Of a DNA stretch of 64,000 nt, positions 51,408-63,476 are shown piece by piece. The first letter of the stretch is position 1. The number at the start of each line of letters is the position of its first letter. The notes below the pieces were generated by a model. The model was not told where the DNA came from, searched no databases, and was given only the letters and a program-made list of their open reading frames with translations. The position numbers were made by a program, and so were the translations under genes. This stretch comes from Amphiscolops sp. MND2022 (lineage: Eukaryota), in the NCBI GenBank assembly GCA_964187785.1, contig OZ076409.1:92568001-92632000 (forward strand). The letters are read 5' to 3'.

Positions 51408-52422
51408 GTCCCGCACCTTTAAAAGAGAACAGGGCAGCTTCGAAACCGTCTATGAAAGCACGGGACCTCACACCTCTGTCCCTGACCGTCTCCCCATCGT
51501 AGGCAGTTGCGACGAGGTACTCTCCCAGAGTCTCCAATGCAATCAGATCGTAGCATTTTCCACACCAATCGCAGAAACCGGCTACATTGGGCATGACAGT
51601 GGGCAGGAGTCTGTACATTTGTCTCTCTTGAAGAGGCAAGAGTAACAGATTCGTGCTGTGCCCTACATGGAATGGGAAGTGATTAGCCAGTACAGGGTTG
51701 AGGTCTCCGTTCAACTGTGGGATGTGGAGGCTACCTTCATGGGGCGAAATTTGTATCATTAATGGAGCATTATTGTACATTGGCAAGCTGTTAGAGAAGG
51801 AGGTGAAGGCACTACTCGGGTTCCCCCTGTTTGTATTAACGTCGTTTAAAGCTCTCTGTGTTTGTTGATGTCCTCTATCAACTATTTGTTGGGCTTGAGA
51901 GTCTAGGTTGTTAGCTGTAAAATTAGCTGGGTACGTAGGCACAGGCCTATTAATTGCTGTTGGCACTTGGTTTCCATACCTGGGTGTAGGAAGAATTGCA
52001 GCCGACGGTCTCCCATAACTATTCACTGGGATTCCCATTGGCTCGGTCGTGTCCCAAGGGGACATCGGCGAATCTTCTAGTTCTGTATCGACAAAGGAAG
52101 TCAGCGATGATTCTCTACTAAAGTGGTGTTCCTCAATGATATCCATCATTTGTCGCTCGATTTGAGTGCCGGCAGTGTCGATTATTTCAGTGGCTACAGG
52201 ACTTCTAGGTTCTGACGTGAACAGAGTTGCTGAGGCCGCACCTACGAACGCTGTCATCATATCTGATCTTGGACCGCCGATTCTAAATCTTTCTTCTATA
52301 TCTGGCGGATTACTCTGTTGCACTATAAACTCTTCACCAGAATCGCTTGACACATCAATGATACTAGGTGACTGGATTGACATCGGAGGGCTATCTTCAA
52401 GATTGAACTGCAGATCATTCAT
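51364..52422 (-). CDS. Accessory ORF3 of element D (352 aa, open), overlapping the PPT and LTR start
   Basis: Uninterrupted ORF; C-terminal CDWCGK..ETLGEYL..GET..RSRAFIDG..GLSQTHGCSG homologous to A ORF3. Confidence 0.82.
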   Translation of the reverse strand: MNDLQFNLEDSPPMSIQSPSIIDVSSDSGEEFIVQQSNPPDIEERFRIGGPRSDMMTAFVGAASATLFTSEPRSPVATEIIDTAGTQIERQMMDIIEEHHFSRESSLTSFVDTELEDSPMSPWDTTEPMGIPVNSYGRPSAAILPTPRYGNQVPTAINRPVPTYPANFTANNLDSQAQQIVDRGHQQTQRALNDVNTNRGNPSSAFTSFSNSLPMYNNAPLMIQISPHEGSLHIPQLNGDLNPVLANHFPFHVGHSTNLLLLPLQERQMYRLLPTVMPNVAGFCDWCGKCYDLIALETLGEYLVATAYDGETVRDRGVRSRAFIDGFEAALFSFKGAGLSQTHGCSGPVVQE

Positions 52423-53224
52423 ATTTCCTGTTTTATTGGGAGAATTAACTATCGACAGAGTTTGAAAGTAGGGTTCGTTCAGATGAAGCTACTGTTTCAG
52501 ACGATTTAAAAGACCATATGGTGATCGTCTTTTCCGTTTCTTCCGCTTATAACAAAACCCCGCGGAAAAACTGAGTGTCATGATTTCGGGGTTTTCGTTT
52601 TCCTTATAGGGTCTTTTCTGTGATAGAACTTGTTGAATCCGCGAAAAAAATCAAGTTTCCTTTTAATTCGATGTAAACATCTACCATTTAAGGTGTTTCT
52701 TCAGTTTTCAGGGAGAATCTCATCTTCACCCAAGACGCTTGACAGTGTTGAACCATTTTAATGAGATATAAACAAAATCATAACTAAACTAACTTCAAAG
52801 GATTTCATGACTAACAACTTCCATTGATAGAGAAAATGAAGTGGAAGTTGATATACATATCTAGATTTACATGACTGAGGCTTACATTTATGAATGAAGT
52901 TTTTCAGGACTGAAAGTTTAAATTTTGTGAAATATCACATTTATCCATAGTTCACCAAAGTTTTGTTTCCAGTCCCGCACTTGAAAAGTGCGTTATATCT
53001 CAAAAGGTAAAAGAGCTTCGGGTCTAGTTTACCTTTCATTCCCTTCCGGTTTGTCCGAATTGGCATGTATAAAAATGCATTCTGTTAATAGATCATCATT
53101 TTCGCATATTCAATAGCTAGTGTTAGCTACTGAACATCATAGCGTTGTAAGAAGTTGAAGTTAAGTCGTCTATGTGCTTTAAAACAAGCAGGCATAGCTT
53201 TCAGCGTGGGATTGGTTATCTGTA

Positions 53225-53460
53225 CTATGCCGCACATGCTGTTGCGACTATCCGCATGCTGCCGTATGTGTAGTGGTGATTTTCCGTATACTACCGCATA
53301 TGCGGTTGTGGATTTCCGCATACTGCCGCATGTGTAGTGGCGGTTTTCAGTATTCTAACGCATATGCGGTTACAGATTTCCGCATATTATCGCATTATTG
53401 ATAAAGTCGTTTTCGTATACTGCCGCATAGACAGTGGTGAAATTCCTCTCCATGCCGCAT
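53225..53460 (+). repeat. 32-bp tandem array between ORF3 and the antisense gene
   Basis: Units such as TCCGCATACTGCCGCATGTGTAGTGGCGGTTT, about 7 copies. Confidence 0.8.
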
Positions 53461-53844
53461 GAGGGCCATTCATGAAATCTGCGTCGGTAACCTATTGTTA
53501 ATTTTGATAATTACGTAATCGTCCATTCTGGCAGTAATGGACGATAATTAATTGACCAATCAGATCCGAGTATTTTTTGCATTAATGCGCAAATTTCAGC
53601 ATTCATTTGCTCTTTTGCCTTTCGTTTTACGCCACGCCTTTATTGTTGTCTTCTATCTAATCGTCTCATTGAACATATTTTCATTCAGTTTTTAGAAATT
53701 TGTAAAAGCCTGGGTTATAGTCATTTCAGTTTTGAGTAGTTTCTACATCCTTTTCAACGTCATTCCCCTGCAGTTCCTTTTCATTTCCTCACCAAATTCA
53801 ACCGTTCTTGTATTATTTGTCTTCTGGGTATTCACACTATTGTC

Positions 53845-56800
53845 ATGGATTCTCACGGACAAAGGAAGTCGCGAGAATAATTAATTCCGAGGAAACAAAC
53901 GGCCAGCTGGGGATACAAATCTCCTTCTGCTACTACACCTGGTGAGTCCAACTCAATGTTTAATTCAAATTATGGTTTTTTAAGGTTTCTTCTTGATTAG
54001 AGAAGTTTTATTTCCGGTTAGCTGGCCAGGCTAACCGTAAGCGTGATCTATCTTCTCAGTTTCGATCACAATGAAAATTTTTGAAGCAGAGGCTTCCGGT
54101 TTATTTTCAATTGCTTCCGCATTTCTTTTATTTCCCGCTACCGCGTCCGGTGTTGGTCAATTTTCAACGGAATTTATTGAACTGAATTCATATTCGAGGT
54201 TTATTTTAACTATAAACCAGTTTGTTTTAGTCGAACTCGGTTCTTCACAGAAATCTCCTGCTCGGTCCCCAACTAGGACTTACATTCCTCTCCAGGTCTC
54301 GTCACCCCAAGTCGGATCCTCCACTGCATTTACTCCACCTACCGCCAGTCCCCCTGTCAAGTTCGATGAGGGGATTGAACGGGTGATAATTGACCAGCAT
54401 AACGTTTCTTCGTCACCTGGACAACTGGTGATACTTGATTCTGATGAACTTTCTAAGGAGAACGAACTTGATGATGAAGATGACCCATCGGTGTGTGAAG
54501 TCACCCCCCTTATTCCTAACTTGTCTTTAGAAGGGATTCGAGACGCTACCATCAACAATCTCTCGACTGATCCTGTTGTACCTGCAGTCGCAGCGACTAC
54601 TTCCCCAAGATTTAGTTCATTTTTATTGCGACCTGAAGAGATATCTTCCCAGGCTGAGACTCCCGAGATGGTTACACCTGGTATTCCTATGGACTTCACC
54701 GAGAGTTCCGATACGCCCATGACTCCAGCGGTTCAAAAGGATCCTCCCGAAGGTCCTTCTTCCACAACTCAAAATTTGGTCATAACCCGACAGGAAGTCT
54801 TTGCTCTTACCAGCGTCTTGGGACGTTTACCCCAGTCAATGATTGGTCAACCCGGGCCCAGTAGTTCTGGTGGCATTACTTTCAACATTGTTGATGATCC
54901 ACCACAGTCTCCTACCAGGAATTTAACCCAGCAGCCTAGGGACCACGGAGCTATCCAAGATCCAGAAAGACCCAATGGATGTTCGAGTTGCGAGGAAACC
55001 CAAGTGACAAGGGGCAAGCGCCAAAGGCCCAAATATTCTTTAAAACCACACATGTTACGTAAACATCCAGTGTTGAAGTTCTTCGCAACCGGGCCTATGG
55101 ACCGATCCAAGACACCGTACAAGTGGTGGTGCCGGGTATGCCGTGTGGAACTGTCTTTGATGAGCCGTGGAGTACTTGAGTTGCTTTCTCACTTCAAAAC
55201 GGATGCACATTTAGTCAAAGAACATCGAATTTGACTCGAGACCCCTGGATTGCCACTCTTCGATCGATCTGAGAAAAAATTAGTCGGTAGTGCTCTCAAG
55301 GAAGCCACAAAAATTGCCAAAGAGATGTACCCAATAGCTCCGCAATTGGACGTATGCCGACTATTGGTGGGACAGGACAAATTACCAGATTTCATTGATG
55401 CAGCCAACCCCAGTGAAGATGTCCTCTCTCAAATTCGGATTCTTGAACAAGGATTGCGGCATGGAGGCCATGTGGACAGTTTGGTCTGGATGTGGGACGA
55501 GATGGTACGCCTCTTTCCCGGCAATTCCCAAGCCTCAACTTACTGTTGGAGTAGACACCGGTTATTTGTAAGTAATTTTATTTTTTGGGCTGTACTGAAT
55601 TTGTTTTACAAAGTTGTCCATTTTTGTTTTTTGTAGGCTATTCTGGTTTTCATGTACCGAGAACTGTTGAGCTATAGCACTTCTTCCATCACTGCATCTG
55701 AGACATACTCCCTTTCATTCCAGTGCAGTCAGTTCAAAACACACATCTTCCTCAACTTCTGATCGGGAAATGTATTTTATCAAATCTGTTTGGGAGCCGG
55801 GCCTCGAGGAACTTTAATCCCCAAACGAATGATGGGAACTATTGCAGCTTTCTTGGGGTTATTTGATTCACCCCCATCTTGTGTCTGTTTGGTGGACTGC
55901 CCCGAGAAACTCTGTACTTGTCTCAAAACTTCATTGCCCGGGAAACTTAAGTCTGCTAGTGTAAATGGGTTCAACCAAGCCGAGTTGGAGCGATGTCTAT
56001 CCATTCCCACATCACGAATACTCGAGAGACACGATTATCGCACCATACTCGACTTTCTTTTGATGAAGCTACGAACTGCTTTAGACCGAGATTGGTTACA
56101 ATCGCTCCCTACTTTGTACAAGGTTCATAAAAGTTTATCTGCTGTTCAAAACTTGCAAGTTGCTTGGTGGTTTTTAATGTTTTATCTTGCTTTCAGTGCG
56201 TCCTTGACCTCGCCTATACCTCTCAGGAGGCTGCAATTCTGATTGAGACGCTGTCCGTCCATTCGGACAAAGTTCTGGACCACCTCAATCGAGTATCTCG
56301 ACTACCTTCGTACCGCTTCCACATGCGAGAAGTACGTATACAGCATCTGGTATTTGTTGACTTTCTTTAATATAGTAATGTCAAATTTGAAATTGTCTTT
56401 CAGCCCAGCACTTTGGATGAGTGCTTTCGCCTCGACGGGGCTTACTTAGCACGTCTCTTCATTATTCGCTGTGTGTTGGACCACTGTTAGTGTAACCTTT
56501 TACCATCTTTTGCTAAATAAGTCCTCTTTACTCCGAATTTCATGTATATTTCTTTTACTGAGAATAGGGACAATCTTTTTCAACTTTTCCACAATTCGTG
56601 TCTCTAGTATTGTGTTTTCAACTCCACGTGCGATTCTATGTCAATTCTTCTCTATGCATTTGCTTCTTTTGTTAAATGAACCAGCACTCGACAAAACATT
56701 AAAATTTCCGCATTGTGGCGCATATTCGTCACCGTAATCTTCGCATGGTGTTGTATAATTGGAAATCGCAATCCGCAATGTGATGTAGGTTCGTTAATTG

Positions 56801-58526
56801 AAAACCGCATGTTCGATCACATCCATTAGTTAAAACAGTATAAACTTGTACATTCAGGGATTGTAATCTGCACAGTGACGCGTAATTATTGGCCGAAAAC
56901 CGCATACTAACGCATAGTCACTTATTATAATCCGCATAATAGTGCATGAGCGTTTGTTGAAAACCGCGTAGTGACGTATAGTCACCGGCTGAATTCCGCA
57001 GTATAACGTATAAACATTTGCTGGAAGCTGTATAGTGACGCATAGTCACCGGCTGAATTCCACAGTATAACGTATAAACATTTGCTGGAAGCTGTATAGT
57101 GACGCATAGTCACCGGCTGAATTCCGCAGTATAACGTATAAACATTTGCTGGAAGCTGTATACTTGCGTATGAACGTCATTTCAAAAATGAATAAAGACG
57201 CATAACTCCTTTAATACTTGGTAATCAATACCTGAAGGTGTTTTATAATTATCGCAACTATTCTCTGGTCAAATTCGTGTTGATTTGTTTAATAATCCTC
57301 GTGTTTCAGATAATTCCGCATTCGCAGAAGTTCGTGATCAGTTCGGATCTGGGTTCAGGCTGTATAATCAATATGCAGTATTTGTGTACAGCCAGCTTCA
57401 AAATATACTCCCTGACAGCTATTTGGGCGACATATCCAATTGGGAGAAGTACCTGTCCATTGACTTAAATCAACCGGACCTGCCTTACAAGACTGCTGAT
57501 GAATTCGTTCTAAATTCAGATTTTCATCGTTTGGTGACCACCAGCAAGCTCCCGAGACCTAGTAAGTTCGTGGAACAAACGATTTCATTTTGTAACTAAT
57601 TCTGCAGCATTTTACTCTCCCACGAGATTTTCAAGTCTGATCTGATTCGAGGGTTGGCTTGTTTTGATTCCGCGGTGATCCTCCATGGGAGCGAAGGGCA
57701 ATACTTGACAGCGGTTGAATGCCTCACTACCCATTTCGTCAGTCTTGGATGGATGAGCCCGAGTGAGAAAACTAGAGCCATTAGCCAATATCGTTCCCTT
57801 GTTTCTAAGTTTCGCGAATCGAATGTTGGTCAAAAGGATGATTGGTTCCAATTTCTGGTGTCTCATTACGAGCTACAGTGTCGTCCCGAATTACATCAGT
57901 TGTTTAAACTTTCCAGTTTGTGCTTGCCTTCTCTGATCGAGATTCCACCCAGTTTTAAAGTGCCAATTCCTGAGTTGGGGAATGACGAGGAAGCCTTTAG
58001 TTCATGTGTTGAAAGTATCCATATTTCATTCAGCACTGTTCCTAACGTCTCTAGTCTTTACCAGGATCCTCGTTCGGTTCCTAGAGTGTTCCGATTATTG
58101 GGAAGGGGGAAAGAGCTTCTTGCTGATCGCAAGTTTTCCATCTGGAACATCTTGAAAGGAAGTGGACCCAAGAGAGCTTCACTATTCGCCGAGTTTGACA
58201 ATGCTTATAAAAAGGCGGTTGTTGCGCCCAAAGTTCCAATTCTGGTCGATGATGGAGATGTTACTTGTGGAAGTGGCAATACTACCAGCACTAGTTCTCC
58301 TTCTCCTAATTCAAATTTGGGACGAGCTACAATTGTCTTGGCTCGGTGTGTCGGGGAAGGTGCCAGTACTTCTAAGGTGCCAAAGTCTCCAAGGGCAAAA
58401 AGGACTGAATCAAACTTTTCAGTTGTTCAATTTGAGTTTGTTTGTCTTTGTTTTTATAGTTTGTATGTTATTTGTGTGTATTTATCCGTTCCACCAGTTG
58501 TTGGTGTACTTATTATCCAGATTTGA
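53845..58526 (+). pseudogene. Antisense multi-exon accessory gene of element D: BED-like Zn finger plus hAT-transposase-like body
   Basis: Phase-consistent exons 53845..53941, 54022..54036, 54231..55567, 55637..~56122, ~56197..56331, ~56404..56485 and 57310..end; WWCRVCR..SHFKTDAH finger; a few premature stops; 3' end approximate. Confidence 0.82.
56700..57200 (+). repeat. Intronic 32-bp-unit array including a near-perfect 64-bp x3 repeat (56969..57162)
   Basis: GTGACG at 56971, 57035 and 57099; CCGCA/ACGCATA motifs throughout. Confidence 0.85.
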
Positions 58527-58602
58527 GAGAAGTATACTCAAAAAAGGAAACTGCTAACGGGTTTATACCGTTGAAAAGAGATGATTTCCTGGCTGTGTTT
58601 TT

Positions 58603-61600
58603 CTAGTATCTGTATGAGTCGGAGTAGTTTGGGTTGGGATTAGGTCGTAAATTGTATTTTTCACCACGAGTATTTATGGGTTCTTCTTGCAATGGGGTAT
58701 TTTCTGAATTTTCTGGGGTTTTTTGGGTTTGCGTTTCTGGTGTATTTTCTTTTGGGGTTTTTTGGGAGATTTCTGATTTTTCATCTTGGATTTCTTGTAG
58801 ATTTTCATCACAATTTTCTTCTTCGCGTTCAGTGGTCTGTTCCACTGGGCTCCCCCACCATTTTTTGGAAAATTGGGGGAGGGAGGGTGGTTATTTTCAG
58901 GTACTTCAACGGGTACATATTCAATATCATCAGTAATTTGTGTATAATCTGGAGGGCTTTCCTCAAATGGGTTAGGCCCAAAATTTGTGTTCCATGATTG
59001 GGCATATAGGTCATCATGTGTTACTGGTATTTGGTCATCTTTTTGCCAATCAGATTCTCGTACGAAGATATCGGCTAATGGTGCTTGCGGTGTGAATTTT
59101 CTCAATCTGATTCTATGTAAGAGTTGTGTTTTATTTGTTCCCAGTCTCCTAACTATATAATTGTTATTAGGAAGGACTTTTTCGACTTTGTAAGGACCCT
59201 GCCATCTGAATCCCCGAAATGGTATTTTTGTTGCTTGTGTGTCAGCTTTCGGGTTTAAAATGTAGCAGTAGTCCGTTGTTTCTAACGGTGATGCTTTTGC
59301 TTTTCTGTCATAATAGGCTTTGTATTTGAGATAGGATTGCATTATGTTCTTTTTGGTCTGGTCTAAAAGTATTCTCATTCGTCGTTGTATTTCTTCTGCA
59401 ACGTCAGTTTGGGGTTGATATTTCGGATTAGGATTGTATCCTAACTTGTAATCCAGTATGTTGTGAGGGATGCGGACATGAAAAACTCGTGAAGGCTCGC
59501 AACCAAGCGATGCATGATAGGTTGTGTTGTGGTTTAGTACTGCTAACGGGAGAATCTTATGCCAGTTATGTCGGAGTTCTGCAGTTGCTGCTTTGAGTTG
59601 TGTTTTGACTGAAGCGTGTGTTCTTTCCAGAAGTCCTATTGTTTGAGCGTGTTTCATTGTTGCATGTTTTAGCTCGACACCAAGGACTGCTGTAACTTCA
59701 TGGGTTACTTGAGCATTGAATTGTGTGCCAAGATCTGTGATGATTGTTGTTGGAAGGTATGTATGTTTGCATAGTATGTCCATTATCACTCTAGCTACTC
59801 ATGTTGCAGTGATGCGGGTCACTGGGTATGCAAACAGGTATCGAGAGAAAACATCGATCGCTGTTAATATATGGTCATATCCACCGCTGGGTGGTAGATT
59901 TAATAGAATGTCCAATTGAAGAATGTCTTCAGGGCCGAGATCCCATTCTGGGCAATTAAGTAGTTCGGTCCTGAGGAGGTCATTATTGATTCTTTTGGTT
60001 TGTATGCAGATTTGGCAATTACTCACCCATTTTTTGATGTATTTTGCAATACAAGGGTAGTAGTATTTGTGCCTTACTTCTTGTATCATCTTTGTGATAC
60101 CAGAGTGGTTTGAGTTGTGACCGTGTAAGGCTTGAAGTAATTCTTCTAGGAGTTGTGTTGGTAACAAAATCTGATAGTGCGAGGTGGTTCCTGTGTCTGT
60201 GTAGTACCTTCTCGTTAGAACCTCTTGCTTGATTTCGATTCTGGTTATGTTTTGGAGGTATTGCTGATATCTGTATTCAGATGCCAAGTCGTTTTCATCA
60301 AAGGGGTTTCCTTCTATTTTAGCTCTGAGGTTCCTAAGGACAAGGTCATTGTTTTGTTCGAGTCTGATTCTGGCATTGTCTCGGAAATGCCATTCAGAGC
60401 ATGTGTTTAAGCCTGATGTCGGTTTGTGAAATTGTTGGAGTTCAGTAACATTGTTTTTTGGGTCATTGTGAGTCTCAGTTTGAGCTTGATTTCTCACGTT
60501 TTGTTTTTCTTCCCAAAGTTTGTTTTCGTCAAATTCATCGTCGGGAAGGATGTAGATTTGTTCTTCTTCCACAATACCGGAAGATTGTATATTGACTTCT
60601 ATCGCTTTGGTTTGGCTATCGTTTCTTATGCTCATTTCAAGTTTTTCAACTGGGTTGACTTCCGTTCTGGATAGGAAATCCGCCGCCGTATTCATTGAAC
60701 CAGCAACATGGGCAATGACAAAATTGTATTGTAGGACATAATCGCATGCGTTCCAAAGTGCTGGAGGAATGAGTTTTGCTTGAAAAAAGCGGGTTACAGA
60801 TCTGTTGTTGGTGAACACTATGACTGGGAAAGTGCTTCCCCACATGAGGTGACCGAACGCAACAAAAGCAAAGTATATGGAAAGGAATTCTTTCGCATAG
60901 ATCGACAATTTTGTTTGTGTTGGGTTGAAGGTTTTCGAACCAAAAGCTATGGGTGCATATGTTTTGCGTTTTGACTGAAGTTTTTGGCCGGGATCATCTT
61001 CTATCATGATAGCATATCCTGCTGCTGTAAAGCTTGCATCAGACATGACTATGAGTTGTTTGTCTTTGAGGGGTTGTCTCAAAGCTAATTGGCAAGAATT
61101 TTTGAGAAGTTTGTTTAGGTTGGTGAAGTCCTCCACCAAGTTCGTGGGTACATAGAATTTGGAGGTTTCTTTGAGGAGTTTGAAAAATGGAGAGAGACGT
61201 TCAGAGAGTCTCGGGATGTAATTGCGGTAATAGTTTAGAATACCTATGTACCTTTGGAGTGCTTTTTTGGATTTCGGGAATCTCAATTTCGGCAGGAAAT
61301 CTTTGACTTTGTCAGCTTGAGGGGCTACGCCAACAGGTGTGATTGTGCGGCCTAGAAAGTCTACTTGTTTGACTCCAAAATGACATTTGGACATTGTGAG
61401 TTTTAGACCAGCATTTCGGATACATTCAAAGACCGTCCTGATGTTAGCGCATAACTGTTTTAAGTCATTTGCTGCTATACCAATGTCATCGACGTACTGT
61501 GCACATTGGTCAGCTTTGATCGCCTTGTCAAGGTACTCCCTCATGAAGCTAGAAAAGGCCGAGAGAGATCTGCTAAGGCCTTGAGCGAGTCGGCGATAAG

Positions 61601-63476
61601 CGAAGGTTCGGCTTGCGAAGTTGAAGGCAAGCATCTGAATAGATTGGTAGTCTGCCATTTGAAGGCAGTGGTAAGCTTGGGAGCAGTCTAATTTGCAGAA
61701 AAGTTATTTGCCTGCCATGTGTTGTGCTGCATCCGACAGCGTGCTTACCGGGTGGTTATTGTTGATGTAGTCTTCAGTGATTAAATTGTTGATTTTCCTG
61801 AGATCCACAAGTAGTCTGAGGCGTCCGTTTGGTTTGCGTTGTGCAAAGATTGGACTAGCGTATTTTGAAAAAGTTAGGGTTGTTATGATTCCATATTTGT
61901 GTAGAAGTGCTAGTTCTACGGTAATGTCATCTTTGAGGTTGATTGGTGTTGGCAAACTTTGACTGTAGGCTGGTCGATCATCGTTTGGAGTGAGTTTAAC
62001 CTTGAATTCACGATTGGTGCCAATGTCGAATCGGTGTCTGGCGAAAATATCGTGAAATTCAATGAGGATTTCTTCAATTTGTTTCTGTTCCTCTTGGCTG
62101 AGCGTTGTGTCAGTCCAGTCGAAATTCGAGAGGAAAGCTTTTCTTGATTTTGCATCGTCTTGTGGATTGAGTTGTTCGAGTTCTTTGAGCTCAAGGAGTT
62201 CATTGTATATTCGTTGTTGGATTTGGGTATACGTTGTAGGATCCCCTGGTTCTTCTGGTGTTGGGAACCAATAATATTATTGTTCGGGGTTTTGTGAAGG
62301 AACTTTCAGTAGTTCATTTATGTAGATCTCGGTTGTTTCCTCATGTTGTATCATGAATGACAACATCGCTGGATCTACAGGTTGTATATGTTTCATTTGT
62401 TCTGGTGTGAGGATTTTGAAGTCTGCTAGATGAGTGTCACAGACTATTGTATATGGAAGTTCTGAAAAGTTGATTACTTGGTACTCGATAGCATTATTGT
62501 TGACCGTACTAAGTGACGATGTGATAAAAATGCTGTCGTGGCTTTCGAATTGTGGTGAAGGTGTGACTATTCCTGTTGCGTCGTGGTCTAACAGGTGGGG
62601 CATTCTGCTTGCTATGGCGAGGGTTTCGCCTGGTTGGAGGGTATATGTATTTTCAGCAAACAATGGTGTTGCTTGACGCATAGTTACTTGTGTGTCTGGT
62701 TTTAATTGCATTGAGAGGTATGGAAAAGTTAGGATGCCTTGTGTGACATCAAAAACTGCATTGTTTCTGCGAAGGAAGCAGAGACCAATGAGTGGGTTTG
62801 GTAGGTTTTTCATGATGATGAAGTTTTCTCGTAACATGAAATCAGCCACTTCGAATTCAAGTAGTACTGTGCCGATTGGTACTTCTAGTTGACCATTGGC
62901 CACCATAATTTGGAAACTTGGCGGTGGGCCAGTATCTTTTATTGCTTCATTTGCAATTAATTTGATTTTGTTAAGGTCTTCTTCGGAGATTGCACTAGTC
63001 AGGGCTCCTGTGTCAATGAGTCCGTCAAGTGTGAGTTTTTCGAAGTCCATTGGCATGTAGTACATGTGACGTTTTCGTTTCAATGTTAGCGAGGTTGACA
63101 TAGGTAGGTATGACAGGTTGCGTTCCTGGTCAAACTGGATGTGGTTTGTGAGATCTTCATCTAAAAGGGGTTGTTTTTGTTCATTGCAAGAGAAAGTACT
63201 TGGGTGATGAATTTCTGGTGAAATGTCTGTAGGTACAGGGGGGTTTGAGTGTTGTCTGAAAAATACTTGTCAGGAGCATCTCTCATGAGTTCATAGTATG
63301 ATTCCTGTGGGGGTTCATCGTTGTCGGGGTGATCGTGTGTTTGAGGTGTGTAGTCTGGTTCTGTAGTCAGTTGTTTAAGTTGTATGTTTATTGTATCCAC
63401 TTGACGCTGCCAGTCGTCTTGTGGTTTTGTAGTTGTTATTTGGGCGTTTTGTTTGCTAAGGCGTGGCGTTTCTAGT
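58603..63476 (-). pseudogene. pol: pol of element D: protease, RT, RNaseH, integrase; several stops and frameshifts
   Basis: LIDTGA; YVDD; MSDAS; HGHNSNH..CQIC; IITDLG/LLERT; GPY motif; Gypsy domain order. Confidence 0.93.

Noticed and set aside
53225..57200. 32/64-bp arrays as a CRISPR array
   Set aside because: Eukaryotic retrotransposon context; units are degenerate tandem copies without unique spacers; no cas genes
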